Assembly (NCBI GenBank): GCA_963736015.1
Contig: CAVTNG010000009.1
Coordinates: 129,005 to 193,004, forward strand
Origin: an uncultured Chloroflexia bacterium
GTDB lineage: Bacteria > Chloroflexota > Dehalococcoidia > DSTF01 > JACRBR01
Reading direction: 5' to 3'
DNA: 64,000 nt
Shown here: piece after piece, positions 40,233 to 50,782 of the stretch
Layout: each line of letters starts with the position of its first letter
Position numbering within the stretch: the first letter of the stretch is position 1
Position numbers and translations under genes: made by a program
The notes under the pieces: model-generated
Databases searched by the model: none
The model's input: only the letters and a program-made list of their open reading frames with translations
Told to the model about the DNA's origin: nothing

Positions 40233-40568
40233 ATGACCTGCGACCAGATCGAGGAGCTCATGTCCGACCTCATCGATGACGAGCTCGCTGCAGGAGTGCG
40301 CGCTGGCGTCGAGGCCCACCTCGCATCCTGTGAGCGCTGCGCGAAGTCCTTCCGCGCGCTTGAGCGCACCGTCCGCTTCGTGCGCGCTAACTCGCGCCCG
40401 CGCCTCGCCTCGCACACACCCGGCGGCGTCTACGCCGACTTCACCCGCGCTCTCGCGGATGACGCCTACAACCGCGATCCGGTCGAGGTGCTCGTCAGCG
40501 GCATCGGAGACCTCATGCCCGCGCAGTCAGAAGCAGCGGACCGCATCAGCGGACGCAAGGAGGACTGA
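40233..40568 (+). CDS. zf-HC2-type anti-sigma factor (cytoplasmic, no TM segment)
   Basis: Own AAGGAG RBS 8 nt upstream. MTCDQIEELMSDLIDDELAAGVRAGVEAHLASCERCAKSFRAL (H-x3-C-x2-C motif). Confidence 0.7.
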   Translation: MTCDQIEELMSDLIDDELAAGVRAGVEAHLASCERCAKSFRALERTVRFVRANSRPRLASHTPGGVYADFTRALADDAYNRDPVEVLVSGIGDLMPAQSEAADRISGRKED

Positions 40569-40569
40569 A

Positions 40570-41919
40570 ATGCAGAGCGATGTTGTCATCATCGGCGGCG
40601 GCCTCACCGGCCTGGCGACAGGCGCTCTGCTCGCGAAGGCGGGCAAGCGCGTCACCGTTCTCGAGAAGGGCAACACGCCCGGTGGCCGCGCCTACACCTA
40701 CGAGGACAAGGGCTTCACGCTGAACTACGGCCCGCACGCCGTCTACCGCCCCGACACCGGCTTTCTCGGCGAGCTCATGGCGCGTCTCGGCCGCCCCGTC
40801 CCGAAGTGCGGCTACCCCGAGCCGATCAAGAGCTACTGGGCCGATGAAGACCGCTTCGCATCCGTCGGCGCGAAGCCGCACCAGCTTCTCGGCACAAAGC
40901 TCTTCTCGCTCGGCTCGAAGGTCACCCTCGCCCGCCTCTTCCTCAAGCTGAAGGGCGAGAAGCCCGACCGCCTCGCCGATGACATGACGTGGGGTGACTG
41001 GATCGACCGCTTCACCGATGACCAGGCGCTTCGCCGCTTTGCCCGCGCTCTCGGCACCGTGAACACCTACACGCGCCCTTCACGCGAGCTGAGCGCGCGT
41101 TTCCTCATCGACGCGCTGCAGCGCAACATGTTCGCGAAGGACTATGTCGGCTACATGTGGGGCGGCTGGAGCGTCATGTACGACGCCTTCATCGACGTCA
41201 TCAACGCCCATGGCGGCGCGCTCGTCACCGGCGCGCGCGTCGACGCCCTGGATCTCACAGCCGATGGTGCGATCATCGCCGCCATCGCCGGCAGCGATCG
41301 CTACGAAGCTGGCGCCTTCGTCTGCACCCTCCCGCCGCAGGACGCACCGGACATCGCGGCACCGGGCTCCCCGCTCGCGGCGGAGCTGTCCCAGTGGTCG
41401 AAGCTCCAAGACGTCCGCGCCGCCTGCATCGACCTCGGCTTCAACCGCATCGTCCGCGATGACCTCACGTTCATCTACGACATCGAGTCCGACCTGTACT
41501 ACAGCATGCACTCCGCCACGGCGCCCGATCTCGCTCCCGCCGGCGGCCAGCTGCTCCACGCCATGGCCTACCTCTCGCCGGGCGAAGCCGCCGACGACAC
41601 GCTCCTCGCGCAGCGGAAGGAGCAGCTCATCGCCGGACTCGATCGCTTCTTCCCCGGCTGGCGCGATGCAGTTGCCGTCGAGCGCACACTGCCGAACGCG
41701 CGCGTCGTCGTCGCCCGCAACACGCCGCAGCAGTTCACCCGAAACCGCGTGCCGCTGCGATCGACGACCGCAGCGAATCTCTACTTCGCCGGCGATGGAC
41801 GCGATCTCCCGCTCAACTTGAGCGAACTCTGCCTCGCCTCCGCCATGGAGGCCGCAGACGCAATCACGCGCGACCTCCCCGTAGGTGAGCGTGTCGCGGA
41901 GGCTGTCGCCCGAGCCTGA
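40570..41919 (+). CDS. NAD(P)/FAD-dependent oxidoreductase (phytoene desaturase/CrtI-like amine-oxidase fold)
   Basis: 449-aa ORF with MQSDVVIIGGGLTGLATGALLAKAGKRVTVLEKGNTPGGRA...LYFAGDG. Confidence 0.8.
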   Translation: MQSDVVIIGGGLTGLATGALLAKAGKRVTVLEKGNTPGGRAYTYEDKGFTLNYGPHAVYRPDTGFLGELMARLGRPVPKCGYPEPIKSYWADEDRFASVGAKPHQLLGTKLFSLGSKVTLARLFLKLKGEKPDRLADDMTWGDWIDRFTDDQALRRFARALGTVNTYTRPSRELSARFLIDALQRNMFAKDYVGYMWGGWSVMYDAFIDVINAHGGALVTGARVDALDLTADGAIIAAIAGSDRYEAGAFVCTLPPQDAPDIAAPGSPLAAELSQWSKLQDVRAACIDLGFNRIVRDDLTFIYDIESDLYYSMHSATAPDLAPAGGQLLHAMAYLSPGEAADDTLLAQRKEQLIAGLDRFFPGWRDAVAVERTLPNARVVVARNTPQQFTRNRVPLRSTTAANLYFAGDGRDLPLNLSELCLASAMEAADAITRDLPVGERVAEAVARA

Positions 41920-41991
41920 CGCGCCACGAAATCGCAGGAGCAAACATAATCGTCTGGCGCTCGATGCGGTGGGCCGCGAAGATACCGCTCA

Positions 41992-43393
41992 ATGCGCCGG
42001 TTCATCGTGTTTGTCGCCGTAGTCGCACTCGCACTGTCGTCGCTCCCGCGGCCGGTGGCCCGCGTGGCCGCCGACCCGCAGGGCAGCCCGCATTTGGAGC
42101 TCGACGCCGACCCTACGAACGGCACGCGCCCGTGCGATCCGATTGACGCGACCGCTACCGTCCCCGCAAGCACGCCGACCTACAACGTTGCCATCTGCAT
42201 CGATGAGCAGCTACCCGAAGCGATCTGGGGTTTCGAGGCCCGCGTCATCTGGTCCGGCGGCGTCGCGACCGCCATTGAGGTCCCGGACGTACCCGTCGCA
42301 CTCGACGACAACCCCGACTTCAACGATGCCCCGGGACCCGACGGCAACGGCGATGGCTGGGGCTGCACTGGCTATAACACCGCCTGGCCGAAGGGGAGAT
42401 GGGCCGGACACGGCCGAGACGGATGCGTACATCACGTGCGTCGTGAGTCCGCCCGGGCCTGGCGAGATGGCAGCATCGCCGGGACTCCTCGCCACGGTCA
42501 CGATGCAGGCGAGCGGTGCTGGCACCGAGACATTCGCGTTCTCAACGCTCGGCGATTCACAGATCGGATACCTAACGGCGAACTACGCCTGCAGCCAGGG
42601 CGTCTCGTGCCCGGGCGCCATGGTGATCCAGGCGTCGGAGGACGCGGACGGCGACGGAGTAGATGACGCCACTGACAACTGCCCGGGAATCGCGAACCCC
42701 GGGCAACAGAACACCGACCGCGAGATTGACAACGGCCCGGGGATTGCCGCGAAGGACATTACCGTCCCCAACGCCATTAGCGACACTGATGGCGACGCGT
42801 GCGAGACCGACGGCGATGCCGACAACGACGGGCTCGCGGACGCGAGCGAAGCGCCGCTCGGCAACTGCGGCGACTTCGACGGCACGGCCGCCTCGCACCC
42901 GAGTCCTGCCGGCGGCGACCTCACGAACGACGATAACGGAAACGGTGTGCCCGCACCGACGGATGTCGCCGACAATGGACCATCGTGGGACACGGACAAC
43001 GATGGAGCGCTCGACGGCGCCGAGTGCCAGCTCAACTTCAACCCGCGCTCGAGTTCGAGACCAAGCGCCGCCCAGTGTGGCGGCGCCGTCGACGCGGATG
43101 GCGACGGGCTACCGCTGTCTGCCGAGCGCTGTAAGTGGGGCACGATCGACACTGCCGTCACGGGCGTTGACTCCGACGGCGATGGCAAGAAGGACTGCAT
43201 CGAGGCCAACGACACGAACGGCGACGGTGTGCAGAACTTTCCCGGCGACACCATCAACTCGGCGAAGGCCGCGAACAGCATCATCGCCAAGACGATGGAC
43301 TTCGACCTCAACGGCGACGGCGTCGTCAACTTCCCGGGCGACACTATCCTGAGCGCCAAGCTGTCCAACCACGTCGGCGGAATCTGCGTCTAG
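41992..43393 (+). pseudogene. ~467-aa secreted protein: signal peptide, cohesin-like N-terminal domain, TSP3 repeats, dockerin-like tail; frame change near 42396
   Basis: MRRFIVFVAVVALALSSLP. Cohesin-like strands YNVAICIDEQLPEAIWGFEARVIWSGG and PGLLATVTMQASGAGTETFAFS. Tail DTNGDGVQNFPGD...DLNGDGVVNFPGD. Length 3n+1. Confidence 0.7.
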
Positions 43394-43427
43394 CCCGGCG
43401 GCCGCCGTGAAACGGACTCCTTGGGGA

Positions 43428-43454
43428 TTGACGGGGGGTGGCTGCCGTTATATC
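43428..43454 (+). promoter_or_regulatory. sigma70-like promoter candidate for the TetR gene
   Basis: TTGACG-15 nt-TATATC. The palindromic operator starts 13 nt downstream of the -10. Confidence 0.4.
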
Positions 43455-43466
43455 GTGGTTTTGCGC

Positions 43467-43486
43467 TAGTGAGTGTTCACTCACTA
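43467..43486. promoter_or_regulatory. perfect 9-2-9 inverted repeat, candidate TetR operator
   Basis: TAGTGAGTG-TT-CACTCACTA, 13 nt upstream of ATG 43499. Confidence 0.6.
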
Positions 43487-43498
43487 AGCAAGAGGCAC

Positions 43499-44182
43499 AT
43501 GCAGCAGGCTCGGGCACGCCGCCTTCCCGCCGACAAGCGCCGCCGTCAGATCATCGAGAGCGCGCGCGGCGTCTTCGCGTCTCAGAGCTACGGCCGCGTC
43601 GGCACCGCCGACCTTGCGAAAGCCGCCGGCATCTCCGAACCTGCTCTGTACCGCCACTTCTCCGGCAAGAAGGACCTCTTCGTTGCCACCATCCGCGCGA
43701 CGGGCCCGCGCCTCCTCCGCATCTGGGAGGAGATATCGGTCGACTACGAGGACCCGATCGAGACGCTGTGGGCGATCGGCGTCTACTACTACGACCACCT
43801 GGAATCCCACGCCGCGAACATGAAGCTCCAGTTCCGCGCCCTTTCCGAGGCGGACGACCCCGAGATCCAGGTCGCCCTGCGGGACAACTTCGAGGCGTTC
43901 GTGGACTTCGTCGCCGACACGCTGGAGGAGGGAAAAGCCCGTGGCGTCGTGAAGGACGACGTCGACACGCGCTTGATCGCCTGGCAGTTCCTCGGCATCG
44001 GCATGACGCTCGACCTGATGCACATGCTTGGGCTCGAGGACGAGATGGACCGGACGCGAGCGGACCTCTGGGGGCGTGTATACCTCGAGACCGTGCGCCG
44101 GAAGGACCATCAAGGCAACCTGCGCTACGTGACGGCCGAAGCGACGCCAATGCGCGCACCGGAGGGCGTCGGCGGTCTATGA
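43499..44182 (+). CDS. TetR/AcrR family transcriptional regulator
   Basis: Start at internal ATG 43499 (MQQARARRLPADKRRRQIIESARGVFASQSYGRVGTADLAKAAGISEPALYRHFSGKKDLF, HTH). Confidence 0.85.
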   Translation: MQQARARRLPADKRRRQIIESARGVFASQSYGRVGTADLAKAAGISEPALYRHFSGKKDLFVATIRATGPRLLRIWEEISVDYEDPIETLWAIGVYYYDHLESHAANMKLQFRALSEADDPEIQVALRDNFEAFVDFVADTLEEGKARGVVKDDVDTRLIAWQFLGIGMTLDLMHMLGLEDEMDRTRADLWGRVYLETVRRKDHQGNLRYVTAEATPMRAPEGVGGL

Positions 44183-44256
44183 AGGAAGTTGACGTTAACG
44201 TGAGAGTCCTACAAGATCATCCGGCTTTCTCACTCCCATCCGGGCCGAAGGTAAGC

Positions 44257-45479
44257 ATGGACTTCAACGACACGCCTGCCGAAGCTGCGTTTCGCACGGA
44301 AGTGCGAGCATTCATCGAAAACGAGTGCCCTCCGAGCATCAAGCGCCGCGGTTTCCGCGCTGCGTTCGGCGGTGGCGGCTGGGACGACATCCACATGCCG
44401 CGCGAGGAGTACTTCGCACGCAATGGCGAGTGGGTGAGAGAAGCTCGCGGACCGGGGCTGGATCGCGCCGGCGTGGCCGAAGGAGTACGGCGGCGCCGGC
44501 ATGACGGTCATGGAGCAGTTCATCTTCAGCCAGGAGATGTCCGCTGTCGGGTGCACCGCGCGGCGGCAACTTCGGCATCGGCACCGGCTGGGCCGGGCCG
44601 ACGATCATCCTCCACGGCACCGAAGAACAGAAGAAACGTACCTGCCGGGCATCGTCAAGGGTGACGAGGTCTGGTGCCAGGGCTTCAGCGAGCCGGGCGC
44701 GGGGAGCGACCTTGCGGCGGTGCAGACGCGGGCAATCAAGGATGGTGACGACTACGTGGTCAACGGCCAGAAGATCTGGACCAGCGGCGCACACGTGGCG
44801 AAGTACATGATCCTGCTCGCCCGGAGCGATCGCCGATGCGCCGAAGCACAAGGGCATCAGCTACTTCATCGTCGACATGAAGTCGCCCGGCATCACCGTG
44901 CGACCGCTCGTGAACATGGCCGGCAACCACGACTTCAACGAGGTGTTCTTCGAGGACGTCCGCGTGCCGGCAAGAGAACATGATCGGCGAGGAGAACCGC
45001 GGCTGGTACGTCGGCACGACCACGCTCGACTTCGAGCGCTCCGGTATCGCCACGAGCATCTCGCACTCCCTGATGGTGCAGGACCTCGCGACGTTCGTGC
45101 GCGAGAACCGCGACGAGGGCTGGATCTCGAAGAGCCGCTCTGTGAAGCATGAGATCGCGGACCGCATGATCGAGGCCGGCGTCGAGGAGATGCTGTCGTA
45201 CCAGGTGATTTCGATGCAGAACCGCGGCCTTGTTCCCAATAAGGAATCCTCGATCGCGAAGCTGTACTCATCTGAGCTGGACATGCGCATCGCCGGCACG
45301 GCCATGCGTGTGCTCGGGCCTCTACGGACAGCTTGGCGGCGGCAGTCCTCACGCAGCGGCGAACGGGCGCGTGCGAGAGCATGTATCTCTACGCAACGAC
45401 GAGCACCGTCGGCGGCGGGACGAGCGAAATCCAGCGGAACATCATCGCCTCTCGCGGGCTGGGGATGCCGCGGGCGTAG
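44257..45479 (+). pseudogene. acyl-CoA dehydrogenase paralog 1, about seven frame changes
   Basis: MDFNDTPAEAAFRTEVRAFIE / RGWIAPAWPKEYGGAG / NFGIGTGWAGPTIILHGTEEQKK / WCQGFSEPGAGSDL / [12 protein letters not shown] / [17 protein letters not shown] / GGGTSEIQRNIIASRGLGMPRA*. Length 1223 = 3n+2. Confidence 0.8.
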
Positions 45480-45528
45480 ACACGTGAACAAGCCCCCGGC
45501 GGGGCACGGAAACGGCAGGAGGAATCAG

Positions 45529-46707
45529 ATGGACTTCCGCGACAACACCGAAGAGGCAGCGTTCCGCGAAGAGGTGCGCGACTTCATCAAGACCGAGGTG
45601 AAGTCGAATGACCAGATGGAGGACCTCGAGCGCGGGATGTACCGCGGCGCGTTCGAGCGCCTGCGCGACCTGCGCGGCAAGCTCTCTACGCGCGGCTGGA
45701 TCGCCCCGGCGTGGCCGAAGGAGTACGGCGGCGCCGGCCTCGACGTGATGCGGCAGTTCATCATGAACGAGGAGTTCGCCGAGAACCGTGTTCCACCGGT
45801 CGGCGGCATGGGCGTCTCGATGGTGGGCCCCACGCTGATCACCCACGGCTAAGAGGAACAGAAGAAGGAGCACCTCGGCCGCATCCTGGCGGGCGAGGTG
45901 CAATGGTGCCAGGGGTTCAGCGAGCCCGGGTCGGGCTCCGACCTCGCGTCATTGCAGACCCGTGCCGTGAAGGACGGAGACGACTACATCATCAACGGCC
46001 AGAAGATCTGGACCTCGGGCGCGCAGTACGCGCACTGGATGTTCATGATGGCGCGCACCGACCCGGACGCTCCCAAGCACAAGGGCATCAGCTACTTCCT
46101 GGTCGACATGAAGTCGCCGGGCGTCGAAGTACGCCCGCTCACGAACCTGGCGAACCAGAACATGTTTAACGAGGTGTTCTTCGAGGACGTGCGCGTTCCC
46201 GCGAAGAACATCGTCGGCGAGCTCAACCGCGGCTGGTACGTCGGTACGACCACGCTCGACTTCGAGCGCTCGAGCATCGGCAGCGCGGTCGGCGTCAAGC
46301 TCCAGCTCGACGGCCTGGTGAAGTACGCCAGGCAGAACGAGAAGGCGGGTGTCGCCCGCACGGGCTACCTCCCCTCGATCAAGGCTGAGCTGGCCGACCG
46401 CTACGTCGAGGCCAATGTCGCACGCATGATGTCGTACCGGGTTGTGACCATGCAGGCGAAGGGCCTGATCCCCAACCACGAAGCGTCGATGACCAAGCTC
46501 TTCGCGTCGGAGCTGAACCAGCGCATCTCACGCACCGGCATGAAGGTGCTGGGCCTGTACGGCCAGCTCTACGGCGACGAGTCGCCGATGAAGGGGCGGT
46601 ACGAGAGCAGCTACATGACATCGCTGGCATCGACGATCGCCGGCGGTACGAGCGAGATCCAGCGCAACATCATCGCGACGCGAGGCCTCGGGCTTCCGCG
46701 CGACTAA
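45529..46707 (+). pseudogene. acyl-CoA dehydrogenase paralog 2, single in-frame TAA at 45850-45852
   Basis: AGGAGG RBS. The same frame runs on both sides of the stop: ...GPTLITHG*EEQKKEHL...WCQGFSEPGSGSDL...GGTSEIQRNIIATRGLGLPRD. Paralogs have Thr or Ser at the stop position. Confidence 0.8.
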
Positions 46708-46741
46708 GCGCAGACGTAACACCCAGCACGAGGAGGAAGAC

Positions 46742-47923
46742 GTGGATTTTACCGACAGCCCCGAAGAGGCCTCATTCCGCAAGGAAGTGGCCAGGTTCAT
46801 CGAGACCGAGGCGCCACGCCCGAAGCCGGGACAGTCGGCTGAGGAGGCGCTGGTTTCCGGCTGGCAGGCGAACCAGGAGTGGTTCAAGAAGCTGGCGCAG
46901 AAGGGGTGGATCGCGCCGGCGTGGCCGAAGGAGTACGGCGGCGCCAGCATGACGACGGTGCAGCAGTTCATCTTCAACGAGGAGATGGCGCTGCACAAAG
47001 CGCCACGGCCGATGCACATGATCATCGGGCTCGGCATGGCGGGCCCTACGCTCATCGTGCACGGCACGGAGGATCAGAAGCAGAAGTACCTGCCGGGCAT
47101 GCTGAAAGGCGAGGACATCTGGTGCCAGGGCTACAGCGAGCCCGGCGCCGGCTCGGACCTGGCATCGCTCCAGACGCGCGCCGTGCGCGACGGTGATGAC
47201 TACGTGGTCAACGGTCAGAAGATTTGGACGACGCTGGCGCACATGGCGAAGTACATGATCCTCCTCACGCGCACGGATCCCGACGCGCCCAAGCACCGCG
47301 GCATCACGTACTTCATTCTCGATATGAAGTCGCCGGGCGTAGAAGTGCGGCCGCTGTACAACCTGGGGAACTCGCACGAGTTCAACGAGGTGTTCTTCGA
47401 CAACGTCCGCATCCCGAAGGACAACGTCATCGGTGAGGAGAACCGCGGCTGGTACTCCGCCGTGACGACGCTGGACTTCGAGCGCTCGAGCATCGGCTCC
47501 GCGACGGGCATGAAGCAGCACGTCGAGGAGCTCATCGAGTACGCGCGCAAGCACGCGGACGACCCCACGAGCACGCTGCGCACGAATCCGATGCTTCGGT
47601 ACGAGCTCGCCGACCGCATGGTCGAGACGGAAGTGGCGCGGATGCTCTCGTATCGCGTCGCCAGCATGCAGGCACGCGGCCTCATCCCGAACTACGAGGC
47701 GTCCTCGCTGAAGCTGTTTTCGACGGAGCTGAACCAGCGCATCGCGCGCTCGGCCGTCCACATCCTGGGCCTGTACGGTCAGCTCAAGGGCGATGAGGCG
47801 CCGAACCGCGGCCGATGGCTCGCGACGTACCTGCGGTCGCAGGCGTTCACGATCGAGGGCGGAACGTCAGAGATCCAGCGGAACATCATCGCGCAGCGCG
47901 GGTTGGGGTTGCCGCGCGACTAG
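46742..47923 (+). CDS. acyl-CoA dehydrogenase paralog 3 (intact)
   Basis: GTG after AGGAGGAAG. 393-aa uninterrupted ORF with the same motif set as paralogs 1, 2, 4 and 5. Confidence 0.9.
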   Translation: MDFTDSPEEASFRKEVARFIETEAPRPKPGQSAEEALVSGWQANQEWFKKLAQKGWIAPAWPKEYGGASMTTVQQFIFNEEMALHKAPRPMHMIIGLGMAGPTLIVHGTEDQKQKYLPGMLKGEDIWCQGYSEPGAGSDLASLQTRAVRDGDDYVVNGQKIWTTLAHMAKYMILLTRTDPDAPKHRGITYFILDMKSPGVEVRPLYNLGNSHEFNEVFFDNVRIPKDNVIGEENRGWYSAVTTLDFERSSIGSATGMKQHVEELIEYARKHADDPTSTLRTNPMLRYELADRMVETEVARMLSYRVASMQARGLIPNYEASSLKLFSTELNQRIARSAVHILGLYGQLKGDEAPNRGRWLATYLRSQAFTIEGGTSEIQRNIIAQRGLGLPRD

Positions 47924-48034
47924 CGACGAGCCTGGCCGACCGCCGTGAGTCGTGGCGTCTGTGACGGACGGGTCTGAAGACCTTCTACTACAAACATCGG
48001 CGGCGGAATCGAACGGGCCATGCGCAGGGGCAAC

Positions 48035-49218
48035 ATGAGGTTCACGTTCACGGCACGAGCAGGAGACGTTTCGACGGGAAGTTGAGGACTTTCTGCGCGG
48101 GGCGCTGCCTGCTGACTGGGAGGGCGCGGACAACGCGATCGACGACGAGTCCTACCAGTTCGGACGCGAGTTCCTGAAGAAGCTGGCGCCGAAGCACTGG
48201 ATCGCGCCCGCGTGGCCGAAGCAATACGGCGGGCTGGAGCTATCGCTCTGGGATCAGGTGGTGTTCAACGAGGCGATGGGCTACGCGCGCGCGCCGATCG
48301 TCAACACGGCCGCGGTCGGGTACCTGGGACCGACGATCATGCTCTACGGTTCCGACGAGCAGAAGCAACAGCATCTGCCCGGCATCACCTCTGGCGATGT
48401 AGTGTGGTGCCAGGGATACAGCGAGCCGAACTCCGGCTCGGATCTCGGCCTCGCTCCAGACGCGAGCCATGCAGGACGGCGACGACTTCATCCTGAACGG
48501 CCAGAAGATCTGGACGAGCCAGGCGCACTACGCCGACTGGATGTTCGTGCTGGCGCGCACAGACCCGGATGCGCCAAAGCATCGCGGCATCAGCTACTTC
48601 CTGATGGATATGAAGACGCCCGGCGTGTCGGTGCGGCCGCTCATCAACATGGCGAACGGCGAGGGATTCAACGAGGTGTTCTTCGAGAACGTCCGCATCC
48701 CGCGATCCGGCCTGCTCGGTGAACTGAACCGCGGCTGGTACATCGCCACGACGACGCTGGACTTCGAGCGATCGTCGATTGGCGGAACGGCGCAGGCGCG
48801 CCGCGCGCTCGAGGATCTGGTGCGGTTCGCGAAGTCGGAGCGCGAAGCGGGGACACGCAAGGCGCTCTGGGGCCGTGCGAACGTGCGCCATGCGATCGCC
48901 GATCTCTGGATCGATCTCGAGATGGCGCGGATGCTGTCGTATCGGGTGGTGAGCATGCAGGAACGAGGCCTGGTGCCGAACTACGAGGCATCGATCATCA
49001 AGGTGTTCTCTTCAGAATACGTGCAGCGGCAGGCGCGCGTCGGGCTCAGCATCATGGGGCTATACGGCGGCCTCTGGGGCGATGGACCCTGGGCGAAGCT
49101 GCGCGGGCGGTTCTCGAAATCGTATGTCGCGACCGTTGGGACGGCCATCGCCGGCGGCACGTCCGAGATCCAGCGAAACATCATCGCCCAGCGCGGGCTC
49201 GGGCTGCCGAGACAGTAG
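48035..49218 (+). pseudogene. acyl-CoA dehydrogenase paralog 4, two frame changes (~48053, ~48455)
   Basis: MRFTFT / HEQETFRREVEDFL...WIAPAWPKQYGG...YGSDEQKQQHL...WCQGYSEPNSGSDLG / LQTRAMQDGDDFILNGQKIW...GGTSEIQRNIIAQRGLGLPRQ*. Confidence 0.8.
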
Positions 49219-49220
49219 CG

Positions 49221-50393
49221 ATGGATTTTCGAGACTCACCGGCTGACGCTGCGTTCCGTACCGAGGTGCGTGAATTCATCGAGCATGAGCTGCCGGAGGG
49301 CTTCCGCGGCGCGGACGACGCCATTCTCGGCGTGGGTATCGGCGAGGATCAGCGCGAACGCGGCTGGCTTCGCACGCTCGCGAAGCGAGGCTGGGTCGCG
49401 CCGGCGTGGCCGAAGGAGTACGGCGGCGCGGGCCTCGGCGTCATGCAGCAGTTCGTGTTCAACGAGGAGATGGCGCGCGCAAACGCGCCCCGCCCCAATT
49501 TCCTGGCGATCGGTCTCGCCGGGCCGACGATCATCGTGCACGGAACGGACGAGCAGAAGCGCGAGCACCTTTCGAGCATCCTCTCCGGGGAAGCGTTCTG
49601 GTGCCAGGGGTTCAGCGAACCCGGCTCCGGTTCGGATCTGGCATCGCTGCAGACGCGAGCAGTCGCCGACGGAGACGACTTCATCATCAACGGTCAGAAG
49701 ATCTGGACCTCGGGCGCGCACCGCGCCGACCGCATGATGCTGCTCGCTCGCACCGATGCTGAGGCGCCGAAGCACAAGGGCATCAGTTACTTCCTGCTCG
49801 ATATGAAGTCGCCCGGCATCACGATTCGGCCGCTGACGAACATGGCGGACACGCCGAGCTTCAACGAGGTCTTCTTCGACAACGTGCGCGTGCCGAAGCG
49901 CGACATGCTCGGCGAGCTGAACCGCGGCTGGTACGTGGCGACCACGACGCTCGACTTCGAGCGCTCCGGGATCATCAACGGCGTCGGACTGCAGCGCCTC
50001 GTACGCGACATCATCGAATTCGCAAGACAACACGGCCGGCGCGACGGCGGCGAGCGTCAGCTGCGGCTGGAGCTGGCGGACCGCGAGATCGAGGCGCAGA
50101 TCGCGATCGTACTGTCGTATCGGGTCGTCACGATGCAGGCGAAGGGGCTCGTTCCGAACCAGGAGGCGTCAATCACCAAGCTGTACTCATCGGAGCTCGC
50201 GCAGCGGATTGCGCGCACAGGCGTGAAGACAGCGGGGCTATACGGGCAGCTGCGCGAGAGCTCGCCGTGCGCCGCCGATGGCGGGCGGCTTGACTCTGTG
50301 TACCGGATCAGCATTGGCTCGACGATCGCGGGCGGTACGAGCGAGATCCAGCGCAGCGTCATCGCGCAGCGCGGGTTGGGGTTGCCGCGATGA
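49221..50393 (+). CDS. acyl-CoA dehydrogenase paralog 5 (intact)
   Basis: 390-aa uninterrupted ORF starting 2 nt after the paralog 4 stop. Confidence 0.9.
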   Translation: MDFRDSPADAAFRTEVREFIEHELPEGFRGADDAILGVGIGEDQRERGWLRTLAKRGWVAPAWPKEYGGAGLGVMQQFVFNEEMARANAPRPNFLAIGLAGPTIIVHGTDEQKREHLSSILSGEAFWCQGFSEPGSGSDLASLQTRAVADGDDFIINGQKIWTSGAHRADRMMLLARTDAEAPKHKGISYFLLDMKSPGITIRPLTNMADTPSFNEVFFDNVRVPKRDMLGELNRGWYVATTTLDFERSGIINGVGLQRLVRDIIEFARQHGRRDGGERQLRLELADREIEAQIAIVLSYRVVTMQAKGLVPNQEASITKLYSSELAQRIARTGVKTAGLYGQLRESSPCAADGGRLDSVYRISIGSTIAGGTSEIQRSVIAQRGLGLPR

Positions 50394-50782
50394 AGCGACT
50401 GCTCATGGCCGTCGGCATCGCAGCGGCGATCTACGGCGCGTCGGCGGGGATCGGTCTCCTCCTGTACGCGACGGGCAACATCGCGACCGGAGCGACGCAC
50501 AACGACTGCGCCGACATCAAGGCGCAGATCGCGGCGGAGCAGGGAGTCGCCGAGGAAGACGTCGTGCAGAGCGAGGTGGCGGCGCGTACGCAGGCGTGCC
50601 TCGATGAACACGAGCTGACACCGGAGTACGCACTGCGGACGGAATACCTGACGTGGCCACTGTGGGGCGCCCTGGTGGTTGCGGGCGTCTTCCTGCTGTG
50701 GCCGCTGTGGACACGCGTGCTGGAGAACCAGGACAAGGCCGACCCCGCGAAGGAAGCGCCCCGGTTGGAGATGGGTCAGTGA
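50390..50782 (+). CDS. hypothetical two-TM membrane protein
   Basis: ATGA overlap with paralog 5. 130 aa with N- and C-terminal hydrophobic helices. Confidence 0.5.
   Translation: MKRLLMAVGIAAAIYGASAGIGLLLYATGNIATGATHNDCADIKAQIAAEQGVAEEDVVQSEVAARTQACLDEHELTPEYALRTEYLTWPLWGALVVAGVFLLWPLWTRVLENQDKADPAKEAPRLEMGQ

Noticed and set aside
41927-41954. Second ECF-type promoter (CGAAAT-18-CGTC) upstream of the cohesin-like protein gene
   Set aside because: The -35 lacks the AAC core in the right register, and the spacer is 18 nt versus 16 at the sigma gene. Too weak to call.
44192-44201. ACGTTAACGT palindrome and TTGACG hexamer upstream of ACAD paralog 1 as a second TetR operator/promoter
   Set aside because: The palindrome is unrelated to the TAGTGAGTG/CACTCACTA operator and no convincing -10 lies at proper spacing. 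Mentioned for follow-up only.
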